DNA from: Vitrella brassicaformis CCMP3155
Lineage: Eukaryota > Protista > Chromerida
Reading direction: 5' to 3'
Assembly: GCA_001179505.1 (NCBI GenBank)
Contig: CDMY01000393.1
Span: forward strand, 1-64,000
Length of the DNA: 64,000 nt
Below, piece by piece: positions 62,604 through 64,000 of the stretch. The notes under the pieces are model-generated. The model did not search any database, was not told the origin of the DNA, and worked only from the letters and a program-made list of their open reading frames with translations. The position numbers and the translations under genes are program-made. How positions within the stretch are numbered: position 1 is the stretch's first letter; each line of letters starts with the position of its first letter.

Positions 62604-64000
62604 TCACACCCCCTGTATGGTGTCTGCCCCCTGCTGCACCTCCTTCCACTTCATGGCGTTAAGGTCGGCCGCCAGCTTGAGCAACTCGTCTGCCTCCTTC
62701 TTGTCACCACCGCCACCTGACGGCACACTCACCTTCTCACCCCGCTGCACCACCTCACCTGACCAAGCACAGCCCCACACTAGTCACTCTCTCCGGCTGT
62801 CATGTCTGTGCATTTCTGTCTCGTCACTCACCTGCCGCATCCTGCTTTTCCCCCTGCGCAGCAGCAGCTGCCTTTGCCTTGGTGGCTCCCTTGGTCGCAG
62901 TGGAGGCAGCCACAACGCGTTCTGAGGCACACCACAAAGGTACAAATGTGTTGATCCTCGGCAAGCATCTTCGCGGACCTCCGGATGAAGCGACAGTGTT
63001 CTTGGTGCCCTTGGGCGGCTTGGCGGGCGGTGCCGACTGCGAGAGACTCTTTCTGCATCCACACATCATGCAGAGACATTGGTTGGGAAAGTATGGACTC
63101 TGTTGCGTCTGTGTATGACTCTTGTTGGCTTGGGGGTGGCGCTGCCGGTGCGGCAGCGGACTTGGCCTTGGTGTTGCGACTTGACTTGATGGACGTGTTG
63201 GCACTCCTACTGCACAAGAAAGGCAAGTGGCCCAAGGTTGGCCATATACTCACTTATGCGTTGCCTTGCTTACGCGGACTGCTGGACAGCCAAAGCACCT
63301 TCAAGCTCCTCATACGCTGCCACAAGTCAGTCGAGACACTTATGGGGTGGTCTCTGCCTCAAGTCTCAATGAGCGTGTGTGGCTGACTGATTTACTGACC
63401 AGCCCTCTGCCTCTGCTGTGTGTGCTGCAGCCGCTGGATGAGCTCCAGCTCCTCCTTCTCCATCATCGCTATCTGCGCCTCCTTTAATCGCTGACCGACA
63501 CGTGTCCTCGAGTCTATGTGTTGGTTGACCGCCCGCCGACCTGCCTACCTGCAGGTCATCCTCCCGCTGCAGCTTCTCCTGGAAGTGCTTGCGAGCCAAC
63601 GTACGGCGATGCTCCTGCATGCGAGACACCATCAGGCACAGTGGTGTCTCTCTTGCCTTAGCCTTGTCTGCCTCCCTCCCTGGTCTTATTTACGTCTTCT
63701 CGCTTCCGACGTTCCTTCATTTCTTGCTCGCTCTGTCGAATCTTGTCCTTGCGGGCCACCAGGAACTCCTCCTCCTGCCGACGGGCCTCAGCCAGCTCCT
63801 TCTCCGTCTCCTGTAGTAGTAGGTAGAAACATGCGTATCGTATCACACATACACATATTCCCTCTGCGTGCGTGTGATCGCTGAAATAGCGACCGACCTT
63901 TCGCTGAGCGTAATAGTCGCTGATGCCCTCGATCTTTTGCAGTCGATGCTGCTCCAACCGTTCTCTGCAGGGCAGCAGACAGAGGGGCCGTGTGGGTTCA
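62604..64000 (-). CDS. Coiled-coil protein, 3' portion only (5' end beyond the window)
   Basis: Exons QHRLQKIEGISDYYAQRK | ETEKELAEARRQEEEF.. | ARKHFQEKLQREDDLQ | AQIAMMEKEELELIQRLQHTQQ | .. | DELLKLAADLNAMKWKE. Confidence 0.65.

Overview
Eukaryotic nuclear scaffold, GC-rich, with many short GT-AG introns full of microsatellites (GACA, GGAT, CACAG, CA) and four 300-N gaps. The intron style, a signal-peptide-led plastid FtsH and a member of a lineage-expanded F-box-like family point to the chromerid alga Vitrella brassicaformis (inference, not a database result). Recognisable genes: an Unkempt-type CCCH zinc-finger gene with a 5'-truncated tandem copy, HEATR5/SWEETIE/Laa1, two tandem NYN (PIN-like) nuclease paralogues, a decayed OTU deubiquitinase, an F-box/LRR protein, a PLAC8 protein, a membrane-type F-box-family protein, ilvD, a plastid FtsH, an OFCC1-like protein and several unknowns. 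The most striking feature is a nuclear, intron-containing, two-domain LAGLIDADG homing-endonuclease homologue (from 33113). Both of its catalytic acidic residues are replaced and it has a possible organelle-targeting leader, so it is a candidate domesticated nucleic-acid-binding factor. The 18-28 kb region looks like a zone of duplicated and decaying genes. No rRNA, tRNA, CRISPR array or intact transposon was recognised. Gene boundaries were assembled by eye from the ORF track and splice signals and are approximate.
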